Shown: piece by piece, positions 1 through 13,500 of the stretch
Layout of the letters: every line of letters begins with the position of its first letter
Numbering within the stretch: position 1 is the stretch's first letter
Assembly (NCBI RefSeq): GCF_018977255.1
Contig: NW_024704772.1
Location: 868,001 to 932,000, forward strand
From: Callorhinchus milii
Taxonomy: Eukaryota
Length of the DNA: 64,000 bases
Reading direction: 5' to 3'
Notes under the pieces: generated by a model
Told to the model about the DNA's origin: nothing
Seen by the model: only the letters and a program-made list of their open reading frames with translations
Databases searched by the model: none
Program-made: the position numbers and the translations under genes

Positions 1-1561
1 TACTGTTCAGGTTGAACACCCCCACCTTGATAACAGGACAAATATAATGCACTCAATATAGTACAACCCAAATCTACATTTATTCAGCGACTTTCACGTC
101 GGGAGGACGTCCCACGATGCTATACTGCTTTAATACAATAATAATAATCCTCGCGTTTGACACAGCGCCTCATCACGTCTTCGAGACATCTCAAAGCGCT
201 TTACAGGATACACTGTAAAGTGAATTAACTGTGTATTTTGTGGGCGAAACGCGGCAGCCAATTACGCACAGCAGCGTCCCCACAAACAGCTGTGGATTGA
301 GTGACCAAATTATTTTTTTGTGTGGGGGTGGGATTATTATCCCAATGAAAGCGATCCGCCAATTGACTAACAACCGGGTTCCTACTTACGGCTGGGTAAA
401 CAGTGTGTGTGTGTGTGTGTGTGTGTGTGGAGGAAGGACACTTGCCGAAAGATTTCGCCCTGACACCGGCTGGGAATCGAACCCGGATCCTCTCGCTTGC
501 GAGGCGAGCATGATAATTCCTTTTTTTTGTACTTAAAAAAACGCCGTCAGCCTAGGCCAGTACGCATTACAAAAAATAATGGTTGTGTGGGAGTGAGCTC
601 CCTGCATATAAACTCTGCTCTGGGTTTGAACATGCACAAAAAAAAGCAAGCTCATGTATTCTTATCCTCATCTCTGCCATCACCTGCCTCTCAGTCAGAT
701 TGTCTCTGTATAATTGCAACACCCACTACTCTATTCCTCCCTTTGTTACAGCCATTGGGTTTGAGATGGGCTATTACTGTTACCGTTCCTGCCAGCGTCG
801 AATACAGCCCGATAACAGCGACCTTTGCATTTGACACAGCGCCTTATCACGTCTTCGCGGCCTCTCAAAGCGCTTCACAGGATACAGCGTGAAGTGAATG
901 GACTGTGTTGCGTTTTGCGGGCGAAACGCGGCAGCAGCGTCCCAACAAACAGTCGTTGATTACGTGACCGATTTATTAATATTATTTCTTTTAAAAAATT
1001 GAAGGAATTATTACCCCCGGAAAAGCAATCGACTAACAACTGGGTTCCTACTTTCTGGTAGGCAAACAGAGGCGCGCGTGGTGTGTGGAGTAAGGAAACT
1101 TGCCCAATGTTTTGCCCGGCCCAGGAATCGAACCCGGGTCCTCTCGCTTGCAAGGCGATTGCTCTAAACACTGAGCTACAGGACTTCATGGGGGTATCTT
1201 GGGTGTGTGTGGGGGGGGGGGGGGAGGGGGAGAGGTAAGGGGCTAAACAGGTTCCGGTGATGATTGTATATATTGTTTATCATCCATTTCCGCATTTACC
1301 TGCCCGCGAACGCACAGTCACTACACTTCACAATAAAAAGTTTCCTTGCTCCACTCTGGTTGCCCAGCAGTAAGTAGGAACCCGCTGTCAGTCGGATCGC
1401 TTTCCGAAGGTAATGATCTCTACCAAAAAAAAAGGAAACTGATACAGCGCCTGACCATGTCGTCGAGACTCGCGCACAGCAAACTGCCACAAACAGCCAT
1501 TGAGTGAGGGATCAACTTTTTGGGGGATTGGATTGTTGACTCGAACACTGCGAGAGAGAGC

Positions 1562-1597
<36 letters not shown>

Positions 1598-4500
1598 AAC
1601 TCGCTTCTCTTCTTGAACAGCGCTGAGATCTTTAAAGTCCACCTGAACAGGCAGACGGGGAGGGGAGTGAGTGAGGTTTAACGTCTCATCCGAAGGACTG
1701 CGTCTTCCGACAATGCAACACCCCCCAAACTCCCCCCACAACAGTAATGCATTGGAGCAACAGCTTAGATAGTGTGTGATTCCAAGTCCTGACTTGGTGG
1801 GGTTTTCGAACCCACAACCTTCTGACTCATAAAAAGTTTTATTTTTATTTTATTCTGACTCAAGAGGCGAACGAGAGAGAGAGAGAGAGAGAGAGAGAGC
1901 TACCACAGCGCCAGGCTGACACAACGACACTTATTGTAAAGTGTAGTGACTGTCTGTTTGTTTTTGTGGGCGAAACGCGGGAGGCGTTCCCCACGATATC
2001 AAGACAGGGCGAAAGTTTGTTTCCGCTTCTTATCTGTTTGTCGCCAGGAGGAGAAACCACAGACACATTGAGCTAATGTGTCGGGGACGTGCGAGGAGAG
2101 TCCCAGCTGCCGTGGGCTTAAAGTGACAATTCCAGCGGCGTTCCCGTCAGGAAACAAACAGCGCGGAGAGAACTTTATATACATAACATTCCCTGATTCT
2201 GACACCGCCCTCACACGCACACGCACACGCACGTACAATCCCACACACAGAAAAGCCGCGGGTACTGGGTTGTTGCTCTGAATGGAATGTTCCCAGTGTA
2301 GTGTAGTGACTGCTTGTTTGTAACGCCAATTCAGTAGCAGCAGGAAGGGAGGGAGGGAGGGAGCGAGAGAGAGGGAGGGAGCGAGAGAGGGAATGAGATG
2401 GGTGGGGAAGGGAGGGAGTGAGAGAGGGAACGAGAGAGGGAGGGAGAGAGCGAGAGAGGGAATGAGAGGGAGGGAGGGAGAGAGCGACAAGGAGGGAGCG
2501 AGAGAGTAATAGAATGAGAGAGGGAGGGAGGGAGAGAGGGAGGCAGGTTATGCGGGAAGCGAAGAGAAGGTAAGGGAGGGGATGGCCAGTGAGATACCCC
2601 TGAGCAGGAGTGACCCAGTTTTAAGGAAGTGCAATGAGGAAGCTGCCAGATTCCTAAATGTAATAGCTTCTATAGTTAGAACCTTTATTGAGCCTCTGAA
2701 TCCAGCAGCAAAATACACCCATTATTTCATTATGAAATGTCGCTCAGGGTAAGGGCGCTACCGAACTTTATTTTCCCTCTCCCTCTCTCTCTCTCTCTCT
2801 GGGTCAGAAGATCTTGTCCAGGGCTCAACAACAACAACAACAATAACGACAACAAGTTGCATTTCCATATCTAGTCAGCCAGACTTCTCAAAGCACAGGA
2901 ATGTACCGACCGTAAAGTGTAGTGACTGTGTACCACTTATAATAATAATAATAATCCTTGCCTTTGATACAGCGCTTTTCACGTCGGGAGGACATCCCAA
3001 AGCGCTTCACAGAACACACTGTAAAGTGAATTGACTATATTTGTGGGCGAACGCGGCAGCCAATTGCGCACAGCAATGTCCCACAAACAGTCGTGGGTTG
3101 AGTGACCACATTATAATTATTTTTTTTTGGAGGGATTATTATCCCAGCAAAGCAGTCCGCCAATCGACTAACTGCTGGGTAAACAGAGGCGAGCGTGTGT
3201 GTGTGTGTGCGTGTGTGGGGGTCGCGGGGGGGAGTAAGGAAACTTGCCTAAGGTTTCGCCCCGACCCGCCCGGGAATCAAACCCAGGTCCTCTCGCTTGC
3301 GAGGCGAGGGCTCTAACCACTGAGCTACAAGTTTAGGGAGAGACCTGGCAGCTTGTAATAATAATAATTATTAACCTTGCATTTGATACAGCGTCCTATC
3401 GGGTCTTTTAGACGTCTCAAAGCGCTTCACGGGATACACTATAAAGTGTGGTGACTGTGCGTGGGCGAAATGCGGCAGCACAATTGCGCGCAATGAGTGA
3501 GGGGGGGACGACGACGCGGGGAGGCAAGTCACGGAGAGAGGTGGGTGGGGTGCGCAGCGAAGTGTGTGTTTGAGGAGGGGGAAGGGTCCCAGGGAGTTGG
3601 GGGTACCTGTGACAGACAAGGCTTTGGCAATCATATGGGAAACTCATGTGCAAATTCTTTCCGCCTGATCATCCTGTGTCCCTCCTTCTCTCCTCCTCTC
3701 TCCCCCCACAAACTCCGTCCCTCTGTCCCTCCCTCTCTCTCTCCCCCCCCCCTCAACACACACGCGCAATAACCAGATGGTCACTTAATGGGTTTTATAA
3801 TCAGCTGGGTTTGAGCTTACACTGTGGAGTCAGTGAGACATCTCTCTCTCTCTCTCTCTCACACATCCCCTCTTCCAACTCTGTGCTCAAAGCCAGGTTC
3901 GGTTCCAATCACTGGCTTTAATCGCCCCCCCCCACCCACCCCACCACTCACACACACACTCCTCTCTCTCTCTCTCTCCTCCATCTCCCTCCCTCCCTCT
4001 GGCAATCAGTCTATCACACAGCATTTCCTAAGGGTGTGGGGTGGGGGGGAGAGACCGGGCGGGGGGTTGGAATGTAGGACACGAGCAGTAACACTCTACT
4101 CTGCTTTTCGCTGCGTTATATTCCCCCCTCCCGCACCCCCCACACCCCGACCTTGTCGAGATGTGTCAAAGCGCTTCATAGATATACTGTAAAGCGTAGT
4201 GACTGTGTGTTTTGTGGGCGAAACGCAGCAGACAATTGCGCCCAGCGACGTCCCCACGGACAGTTGTGGATTGAGTGACCACAATTTTTTTTTGGGGGGT
4301 GGTGGGTGGGGGATTATTACCCCCCCCCCCTAAAAGAAAGAGGAGCCACCCAAACCCTCATCGATCAGCATCTGCCACCGGTTTTCCCGCCCACCCGCCT
4401 GAGCACACGAGGTCACCACTCCACACGCTTAACAAGCATAAGGCAGCGCGGTTTATATTCTATTTTAGCAGCTCANNNNNNNNNNNNNNNNNNNNNNNNN

Positions 4501-7500
4501 NNNNNNNNNNNNNNNNNNNNNNNNNNNNNNNNNNNNNNNNNNNNNNNNNNNNNNNNNNNNNNNNNNNNNNNNNNNNNNNNNNNNNNNNNNNNNNNNNNNN
4601 NNNNNNNNNNNNNNNNNNNNNNNNNNNNNNNNNNNNNNNNNNNNNNNNNNNNNNNNNNNNNNNNNNNNNNNNNNNNNNNNNNNNNNNNNNNNNNNNNNNN
4701 NNNNNNNNNNNAATGAGATCTCTTCCCCACATTAGTGGCTCCGGGCTACAGCCACAGTATGGCACAGTTTCTGCACCAACCTGTCCTACATTTGTTCTGC
4801 AAAGGGCTTGTTCAAAGCCTCTCTTTCTCTCTCTCTCTTTCTATCTCTCTCTCTCTCTCTCGCTCGCTCCCTTCACCTCTCTGCCCCCCTCTTTCTCTCT
4901 CCCTCATTCTCTCTCTCTCTTCCCCCCTTTCTCTTTCTCTCGCTCCCTCACTCCCAATCGCTTGCCTTTCCCAGACCCAATGCCTGGCCCAAGCCTCAGC
5001 TCTTTGGGAGGGCGTCTTCTCTCCCCCTCCCCGTTTCCCCCTCTCCGCCTCACCCACCCCCCCCCACCCCACCTGGGGCAGAGGCAAAGGGCGCACAGAA
5101 CCCAGTATAACCCCTGTTCTCAACTGCAAACTTCCCCCCCACCCACAATACATTAGGGAACATTGCATTCGAAAAATCAGGAGGATGTCTCAAAGCACTT
5201 TCCCAACAAACATCATAATAATCCTTGCATTCATTACAGCAACAAGATTACATTTGTATAGCGCCTTTCACGTCGGGAGGACGTCCCAAGGCGCTGGACA
5301 GAGTACAGCATTACAGCGCCTTATCACGTTGTCGAGACGTCTCAAAGCGCTTCACAGAATATATTGTCAAGTGCTGAGACTGTACTTTTTGGGGCAAAAT
5401 GCAACAGCCGACTGCGCACGGCAGCGTCCCACAAACAGTCGTGGATTGAGTGGCCAAATTATTATTATTTTTTGGGGGGGGATTATAATCACCGGAAAAG
5501 CCATCCGCCAATCGACTAACCACTGGGTTCCTACTTACTGCGAGGTAAACAGAGGCGTGTGTGTTTGTGTATGTGTGTGGAGTAAGGAAACACTTTTTTA
5601 TTGTGAAGTGTAGTGACTGCATGTTTGCAGGCAGCCCAGTGCGGAGATGGATGTTAAATATACACTGCTCTGGATATGCTCAGCGCATTATATTATATCA
5701 CACGTTATTCCCTTTACAATAACTACCCTATATAATCCATACCTTGGGGGAATACAAGACACACTCTCTCTCTCTCTGGTTCAGTTTTTCTTGCAGAGCT
5801 AACAGCGGTAACAATCTTACACGGGGACCTTAGTTATGTACACTATTAATAACCTTATCAAGACAAGAGTTAGACCAGCCAAGCACCCATTGAAACAGCC
5901 CACCCCCACCCCACTCCACGGCCCTGAAATTCTTCAGGGTCTCAGGCTTCCACGCTTTCAGACCGTAGAACTTTCACAGCGCAGAATTATCTTACATCTG
6001 CGAAGTCCTGTGGCGTAGTGGTTAGAGCACTCGCCTCGCAAGCGAGAGGACCTGGGTTTAGTTCCCGGGCCGGGCGAAACCTTACCCCACACCCACGCGC
6101 CTCTGGTTACCCAGCGGTAAGTAGGAACCCGCTCGTTGGTCGATTGGCAGTTCGTTTTTCCAGAGGTAATAATCCCTTCAAAAAAAATAATTTGGTCACT
6201 CAACCCACGATCGTTTGGGGGAAACTTGGCTACTGCGTTTCACCCACAAAATATACATTCAGTTCACTTTACAATATATCCTGTGAATCGTCTCAACGAC
6301 GTGATAAGGCGCTGTATCAAATGCAAGGATTATTATAACGTCTCACCTGAAGGGAAGGTGTGTGTGTATGTGTGTGTGTGTGTGTGTCTGTCAGGATTTT
6401 TTTTTACGACGGTGATGTTTCACTGACTGCAGTGAAGCCTGGGTTATCTCTGGAAATCAGAGCACGAAGATCTGCTGAGAACAAGGAGGTCAAAGAGAAT
6501 AAGACAGGAAAGAACCTTTTTATAGTAAAAGGTACACAAAGGTGGAACAGAACCACAGCCATTGTGTTACACAGGGCCCTTCGACTTGTTCCTGTTAACT
6601 AACAAGTCTCCAGGATATTATATAGTCACACAGAGCGATACAGTACAGAGACCAACCCAACTGGTCCATGCTGGAGTTTATACTCACTCACTCCGCATAA
6701 TCCCTCCTGTTCCCCTCTCCTGCACCCCCACCCACCCCGCCCCAACTCCTCCCTCCCTCCTGCCCTCCATCCCAGCACTTTACCGGGTATATTGCAAAGT
6801 GTAGTGACTGTGTATGTGTGTGGGCAGCCAATTGCGCACAGCAGTGTCCCACAGACAGTCTTGGAGTGAGTGACCAAAATCTTTTTTTTTGGAGGGATTA
6901 TTAACCCCAGAAAACGATCCCACCAATCGACTAACAACAGCGAGGTAAACAGAGGTGGGTGTGTGTGTGTGTGTGGGGGGGGGGGGAATAAGGAAAGTTG
7001 CCTAAGATTTCGCCCTGCCCGGGAATAAAACACGACTGTTCGTGGGACGCTGCTGTGTGCAATTGGCTGCCGCGTTTCACCCACAAAATACAGTTACTAC
7101 ACTTTGCAGTAAGTCTCGACTCTACAGTAAGCGCTTTGAGATGTTTGGACGACGCGATAAGGCACTATATCGAAATGCAAGGATTATTATTATTATATTA
7201 TTATTATGGACTAGAACGCAGTGTCACGGGGGAATTTTATGTGTGACGTGGGTTTGAGGCTGGCTGTGTGACTGCCTGCCCCTCTCTCGTGTTCTCCGTC
7301 TGTTTGTCTGTCTGTCTATCCCTCCATCTATCTCTGTATCTGTTTTCTAATCTGTCCCTTACAGGAATCGATCTTGTTACAGACCCACAGCTACTGTTAT
7401 ACAGGCTGCTCGGTCAAACTGTCTGGCAATGAGCCTGGCGAGCAGGTACACAGCGCTCTGTGTGTGTGTGTGTGTCTGTCTGTGTGTGAGTCTGTGTGTG

Positions 7501-10500
7501 GGTGTGTGTCTGCGTATGGATGCTCTCTCTCTGGTTCCCTCATTCATTCTCTTCTTTCCTCTTTTGCTTTCTTGCTGTCTATCTCNNNNNNNNNNNNNNN
7601 NNNNNNNNNNNNNNNNNNNNNNNNNNNNNNNNNNNNNNNNNNNNNNNNNNNNNNNNNNNNNNNNNNNNNNNNNNNNNNNNNNNNNNNNNNNNNNNNNNNN
7701 NNNNNNNNNNNNNNNTCACTGCTGCACAAACCAATGACTGCATTGACAGTCAGCTGCATAAGTTAAGCAAGAGAGAAAAAAAAATCAATGCATTTTCAAT
7801 TTGAGTGGAAAGACTGCGATATGCATTACAACCAACACCAGTCCTTAAACCTTCACAGGTTTGCGTCTCACTGCATAGTGTGACAGCTCTCAGGCAATGA
7901 GGAACCAGCAACACTTAGACATCAATAATAATATTAATAATAATAATCGTTACATTTGATACGTTCGATAAGTTAAAATTGTGGAATAATGCCAACGAAT
8001 GTATCAGACTTTTTGAGCTGAACAGAAACAATATAGAGTTTCTCCTGGGCAGGTGTCCAGGATTTTTCACATCAAGGAGACATCTCAAAGCGTTTCATTA
8101 TGAAGTGTAGTGACTGTGTGCGTGTGTTTTTATAGGCGAATGTGGTAGCCAACTCGCGCACAGCGATGTCCCCTGCAAACTTAAACCAGATCTCAGGGGC
8201 CGAGGAACCTACAACACTCTCAGGGGGTCAACGATAATAATATTAACAGTAATAATAATCCTTACATTTGATAAAACACCTTTCACATCAAGGGGACACC
8301 TGCAATTTTTGTTAGGTCGGGGTATCAAGGGATATGGGGCAAGGGCAGGGAATTGGGAGTCGAGGTACAGATCAGCCAAGCTCTGATTTTAAGATGATGT
8401 CCTCTTGTTCTGGATGCCCCCGCCCAACAGACGGAATAGTTATTTTCCTCTCCTTCATCTGACTCTGTCATTCTCCGTCCCTCCCTCCTCCATCTCTCTC
8501 TTTTCCCTCCCTCGCTCTCCTCCATCTCTCTCCCTCTCTCCTCCATCTCTTTCTCCTTCAATGGCAATTTGCCAATGAGCTGCGGACAGAGAGGGAGAGA
8601 GATCCCAGGAGGACGAGCGGGAAGGAGAGAGTGAGCAAAGGAGAGAGAGGAGGTGCCAGGGCGCGAAGGGATTTGATGCCAGCCACCTAGGGGATGGTGA
8701 GGTCACTTTATGCCATAATAATAATAATGGCCATGGCTGAAGGATAAAGTGTTTTGGATGCAATGCCCTTACGTGTATGTATGCGGGTGGGTGGTGGGGG
8801 GGGGTGTTCGTGGGGTGGTGGGGAAGGGTGAGGAGAGAGAGAGGACTGCCTGGCTAGAGAGCGGGTGTGAGTACAGGCAGAGGAGCCAGAGTGTGGGAGA
8901 TGGGAGAATTTAATCAATTCTCCCAGAGTATTACACTTGGAAGAAGTTACCATCGATCCAGGCACCGGCATCATAAAGCCAGGATACAATAGCGCACATA
9001 AATCTAAATTTCTTACAGCGAGGTGAGAGGAGGGTGACAGAGAACAGCCTGGCTCCATAACACACAATTAGTACTGGCATTCCTCTCTCTCCAGCTCTCT
9101 CTGGTTCGCTCTCTCTCTCTCCAGCCCTTCTACCTTCCTCCCCTCCTCTCGCAGACATCTTCTGAGAGTGGGTTTATGCGGGATGGATGAATGGATGCTT
9201 CTCAAGGTGAGAGATGAAGCCAACTGCAAACTGCGGGGGGAGAAATTAACTGCTCCGTTTGCACTGGTCGTATTGTCCTGTACTGACCGCACACTATTCG
9301 CACTGATTATTCAGTTTAAAGTGACCCGTTCACGATATGATAATAATAACCTCGCATTTGATACGGCGCCTTATCACGTCGTTGAGACGTCTCAAAGCGC
9401 TTCACGGGTTACACTGTAGTGTCTTCAAACTGGTCCAATTGCTCACCGCCTGATTTCAAATCCCCGCCCCCATAGTCCCGTTATGATCGGCCTCGCAGGC
9501 TAAGACAAGGTGAAATCTGGGGGCCCTCTCTCTTTGTGTGTGTGGGGGTGTGGGGGTGTGGGGGGGTCAATACACTCACTGCCCACCTTCCACCACTAGG
9601 GGTTGATAGCAAGCAAAGCAAGGCGTGTGATCTAGTGACCTCTAGTGGCAGGCAGGGGATACAGCAACACTCACACCATTGACTTGGATTTTCCCAAAAA
9701 GTGTTGGGACTCCCAATTGTTAAATTCCACCATCCTGGGGCTACCATAAGCTTCCAGAACCTTCTTAGCCCCCCCCCGCCCCCGCCCCCACCCCCACGTG
9801 TGTCTGTAGAGATTAGCTGCTTCTGCAACGTTCAACTGCGAGGCAACCAGACTTGATGGGCTTAATGGCCTATTCCTGTTCCTAGGACGTCCCCAGTGGG
9901 CTGGACAGTCAGGGATTTGGACCTGAGCTGGGGCTTGGGATCAGGAGGGGGTCAAAGAGGGTAAGGGTAGGAGGGTGACCAAGGGCCCGGTCGAAGAGTA
10001 AGGTCTTAAGTTGGGCCTTGAAGGAGGTGGAGGCGAAGGGACTGTGGGATGGAGTTCCAAAGGGTAGGTGGGTGGTGGGGGAGAGCAGCCACCAGACGGG
10101 GAATGTCTTGGATGCGGAGTGGATAACGGACCCTTAGAAAAAAGCGAAAAGCCCAGAGAACCAAACACCCATTCAACACCCGTTCAACTGCACAATCAAA
10201 GGCAGGAATTCCCTGGAGGTGAGACACAAACTTGTGCTCACACACTCCCCATCTATCCCAATTAGGAGCTGTCTTTCCAAGTGCCTACAGCCTGACAAAG
10301 CTGCTGATGGGAAGAAAGGCGAGAGCGTTTCACATTCTCTCTCACCGCTCTCTCCCTGACGATCACACACGTGTTTAGGCGATTCACTTTCAATTAGCCA
10401 GGTCACGCTGTCAAGTGATGGTGGTGGCGCGGGGGGGGGGGGGGGGCGGAAGGGGAGAGATATCAAAGAATCATAGAGCTTTATTATTAATAATAATAAT

Positions 10501-13500
10501 CCTTGCATTTGATATCGCGCCTTATCAGGTCGTTGAGATGTCTCAAAGCGTTTCACAGGATACACAGGTAAAGTGGAGTGACCATATATTTTGTGGGCAG
10601 CCAATTCCGCACAGCAGTGTCCCACAAACAGTCGTGGAATGAGCGGAGGGATTATAAAACCCCCATAAAGCGATCTTCCAATCCACTAACAACCGCTAAT
10701 CCAATTTGTTGCTGGGTAAACGGAGGTGTGTATGTGTAGAGTAAGGAAACTTGTCAAAGGTTTCGCCCTGACCCGCCTGGGAATCGAACCCAGTTCCTCT
10801 CCCTTGTGAAGCGAGTGCTCCAACCACTGAGCGACAGGAACTCCACACGAAGGGAGGGTGGGAAAGAAATTCCAGCGCTTCCCACCCTCAATTACACGGC
10901 CTTTTTCTCTCTCTCTCTCTCTCCTCATCCACCTCCCTGCACAAAACAAATGTTCCCCTCAGATCCGAGCATTGAGGGTTTGGCGGGCGGGGAGGTGGGG
11001 GTGTCAGAGGAAGGTAAAGAGAAGTCCCTTTGCCAAGTGGGGTTAAGGAGTGTGTCGGGTGGAGGCTGGGATCCACACACGGCTTATAACTGTGAGTGGA
11101 ATCCGCTTGCACCCTCACATCAAAGGGAATCGCTGCTAATCTCCTGCTTACAGACCTCCTGCAAGTTAACCTCATCAGTGGAGCTCAGATACTCCGGCTC
11201 ACAGGCAGGCCTGCCAACCGCACAGCCACTGGGGCTTAGCCACGAGAGAGAATCCCTGATTGCTGGCATCTTCATCTCCCTCCCTCGTTTCTCTATCTCC
11301 CCCTCCCTCTTCTTTCCCAAACCTTAGGCAAGTTTCCTTACTCCACACGCACACGCCTCTGTTTACCCAGCAGTAAGTAGGAACCCTGTTGTCAGTCGGT
11401 CGGCAGATCGCTTTTCAGGGGTAATAAAATCCTGATCTATCACAATTAGGGATAGATGGGGAGGTTATCCCAATCTAAGCATTCAACAACAACAAATTCA
11501 ATTTGCATCGGGAGGATGTCCCAGTGCCCTGGACAGTCAAGGATTTGGACCCGAACTGGGGGTGGGGATCAGGTGGAGGGAGGGTAGGGGTAGGAGGGTG
11601 GCCGAAGGCGCAGTCAAAGAGGAGGGTCTTGAGATGGGCCTTGAAGGAGGCAAGGGAGGGAGCGAGGTGAAAGGGCTGTGGGATAAGAGTTCCAAAGGCT
11701 TGACCGCTGATGGTGGGGTGGGTTGGGCAGGATGAGGGTGGGGGACAAGGAGCAGGCCAGAGCCTACCGAGCGCACCCCAAGACACCCCCACCCCACGAA
11801 ACGTTGGGGACTTTGAACAGGTCAAGTCTTAGCGGACTCTCCAACGCAGTATGGTGGTGGGGGTCCTAAGTTGCTGGACAGTCAGGGTATTTTGGACCCA
11901 TGTGGGAGGGGCATGTGCGCTCTAAAACACGATGAGCCACGCTCTTTCTCTCTCTCCGTCGCTGCTGGTTGCCGAACTCCTCTCTGTAAACTCTGTGAGC
12001 CTTTGCTTACTCTAAATAGGTCAGTTTACCATCTCATTACTCACTCACTGCGAACATCCAACCTGTGCAAATGTCACCCGGCTTCCCTGACACCCTCCCC
12101 AGCCAGAGGCCGGCCCGGGAAAACCTCCCCGCATAAAATCACAGGGGCAGGAGGATGCCATTCAGCCCATCCAGCCTGCTCTCCTCTGTCTTTATTGGCA
12201 GATCGCTTTCCAGGGATAATAATCCCTCCAATAATAATATGATCACTCAGTCCACGACTGTTTGTGGGGACGCTGCTGTGCACAGTTGGCTGCCGCATTT
12301 CACCCACAAAATATACGGTCAATTCACGTCACAGTATATTCTGTGAAACTGTGGGTCTCAACAACTGTATCAAATGCAAATATTATTATTATTAATAAGG
12401 TGATCTCTCTTTCCCTCCCTCCCTCATCCTCACTCTCTCCACCCCCTCCCCCTAGTATCCCTCTTTCTCCCCGTCTTTTTTCCTCCTTCCTCTCTCTCCC
12501 CGCCCCCAGCTTTGTATCTCTGTCCTCTCTCCGTTTCTCTCTCGCTCTCCCCGCCACCCCGTATCCATCTCCATCTCCCCTTCCTCTTTCCCCCTTTGTT
12601 TCTCTGATTTTCTCTTACTCTCCCCTCTCTCTGTCTCCCCCTCGCTCTCTCTCTTTCCCCTCCTCCCCCACACACACACTGCTGCTCTGCCAGGCTTTTG
12701 CAAGTGCTCCCTTGCGGCCCTGGATTAGCAGCTGTGCTGGGTAGAAAGGAACACGCTCCACAGGTGACTGTGTTCGATTCCCAGCTCCTACTGACTGTGT
12801 GTGTAGTGAGGCCGGCAGGAGAACAGTGGTGACGAGGCTGACTACAGCACCTCACGTCGTGAGCTTTCATCCCCTCCATGTGCTGTGCATTAACACACTC
12901 TCACTCTCTCTCAGCGTGTCTCTCTCCCTGTCTCTCAGCACCCCCACCCCCACCCCGAGTTACTCACAATAAATAATAATAATCCTTGCATTTGATATAG
13001 CGCCTCATCACGTCTCAAAGCACTTCACAGGATACACTGTAAAGCAATTTGACTGTATATTTTGTGGGCGAAATGCGATAGTCAATTGGAAGGGATTTAT
13101 TACCCCCGGAAAGCGATCCAACAATCGACTAACAAACAACCGGGTTCCTACTTGCCTACAGTTTCTCCCAGACCTGCCCACAGGGAATTGAACCCGGGTC
13201 CTCTCAGCTTGCGAGGCGATGGGGTGGGGGGCGGGGGGAAAGAGCAGGGGAATGGGTTTTTAGGAGTCGAGAGCTCAAGTGTGGAGGGCTTGGGGGAGGT
13301 GGGGGGAGAGAGAGGTAGCGAGCACCAGTGTAGGGTGGACGGACTGAATGGCCTCCTTCTCTGTCAAAATGTTGACGCGATACAATTCACACGCCTTTCA
13401 CGTCTGTCCACACAGGTAGGGATGAGTCCAACTGCAGAGTAAGAGGTGCCATGTGATGAGGGCTGTAATTGAGAGCAGAGTGTGGGGAGGGGAAGGAGTC

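Noticed and set aside
4275-5613. ~290-aa ORFs
   Set aside because: They read through Ns, CT microsatellite and SINE sequence.
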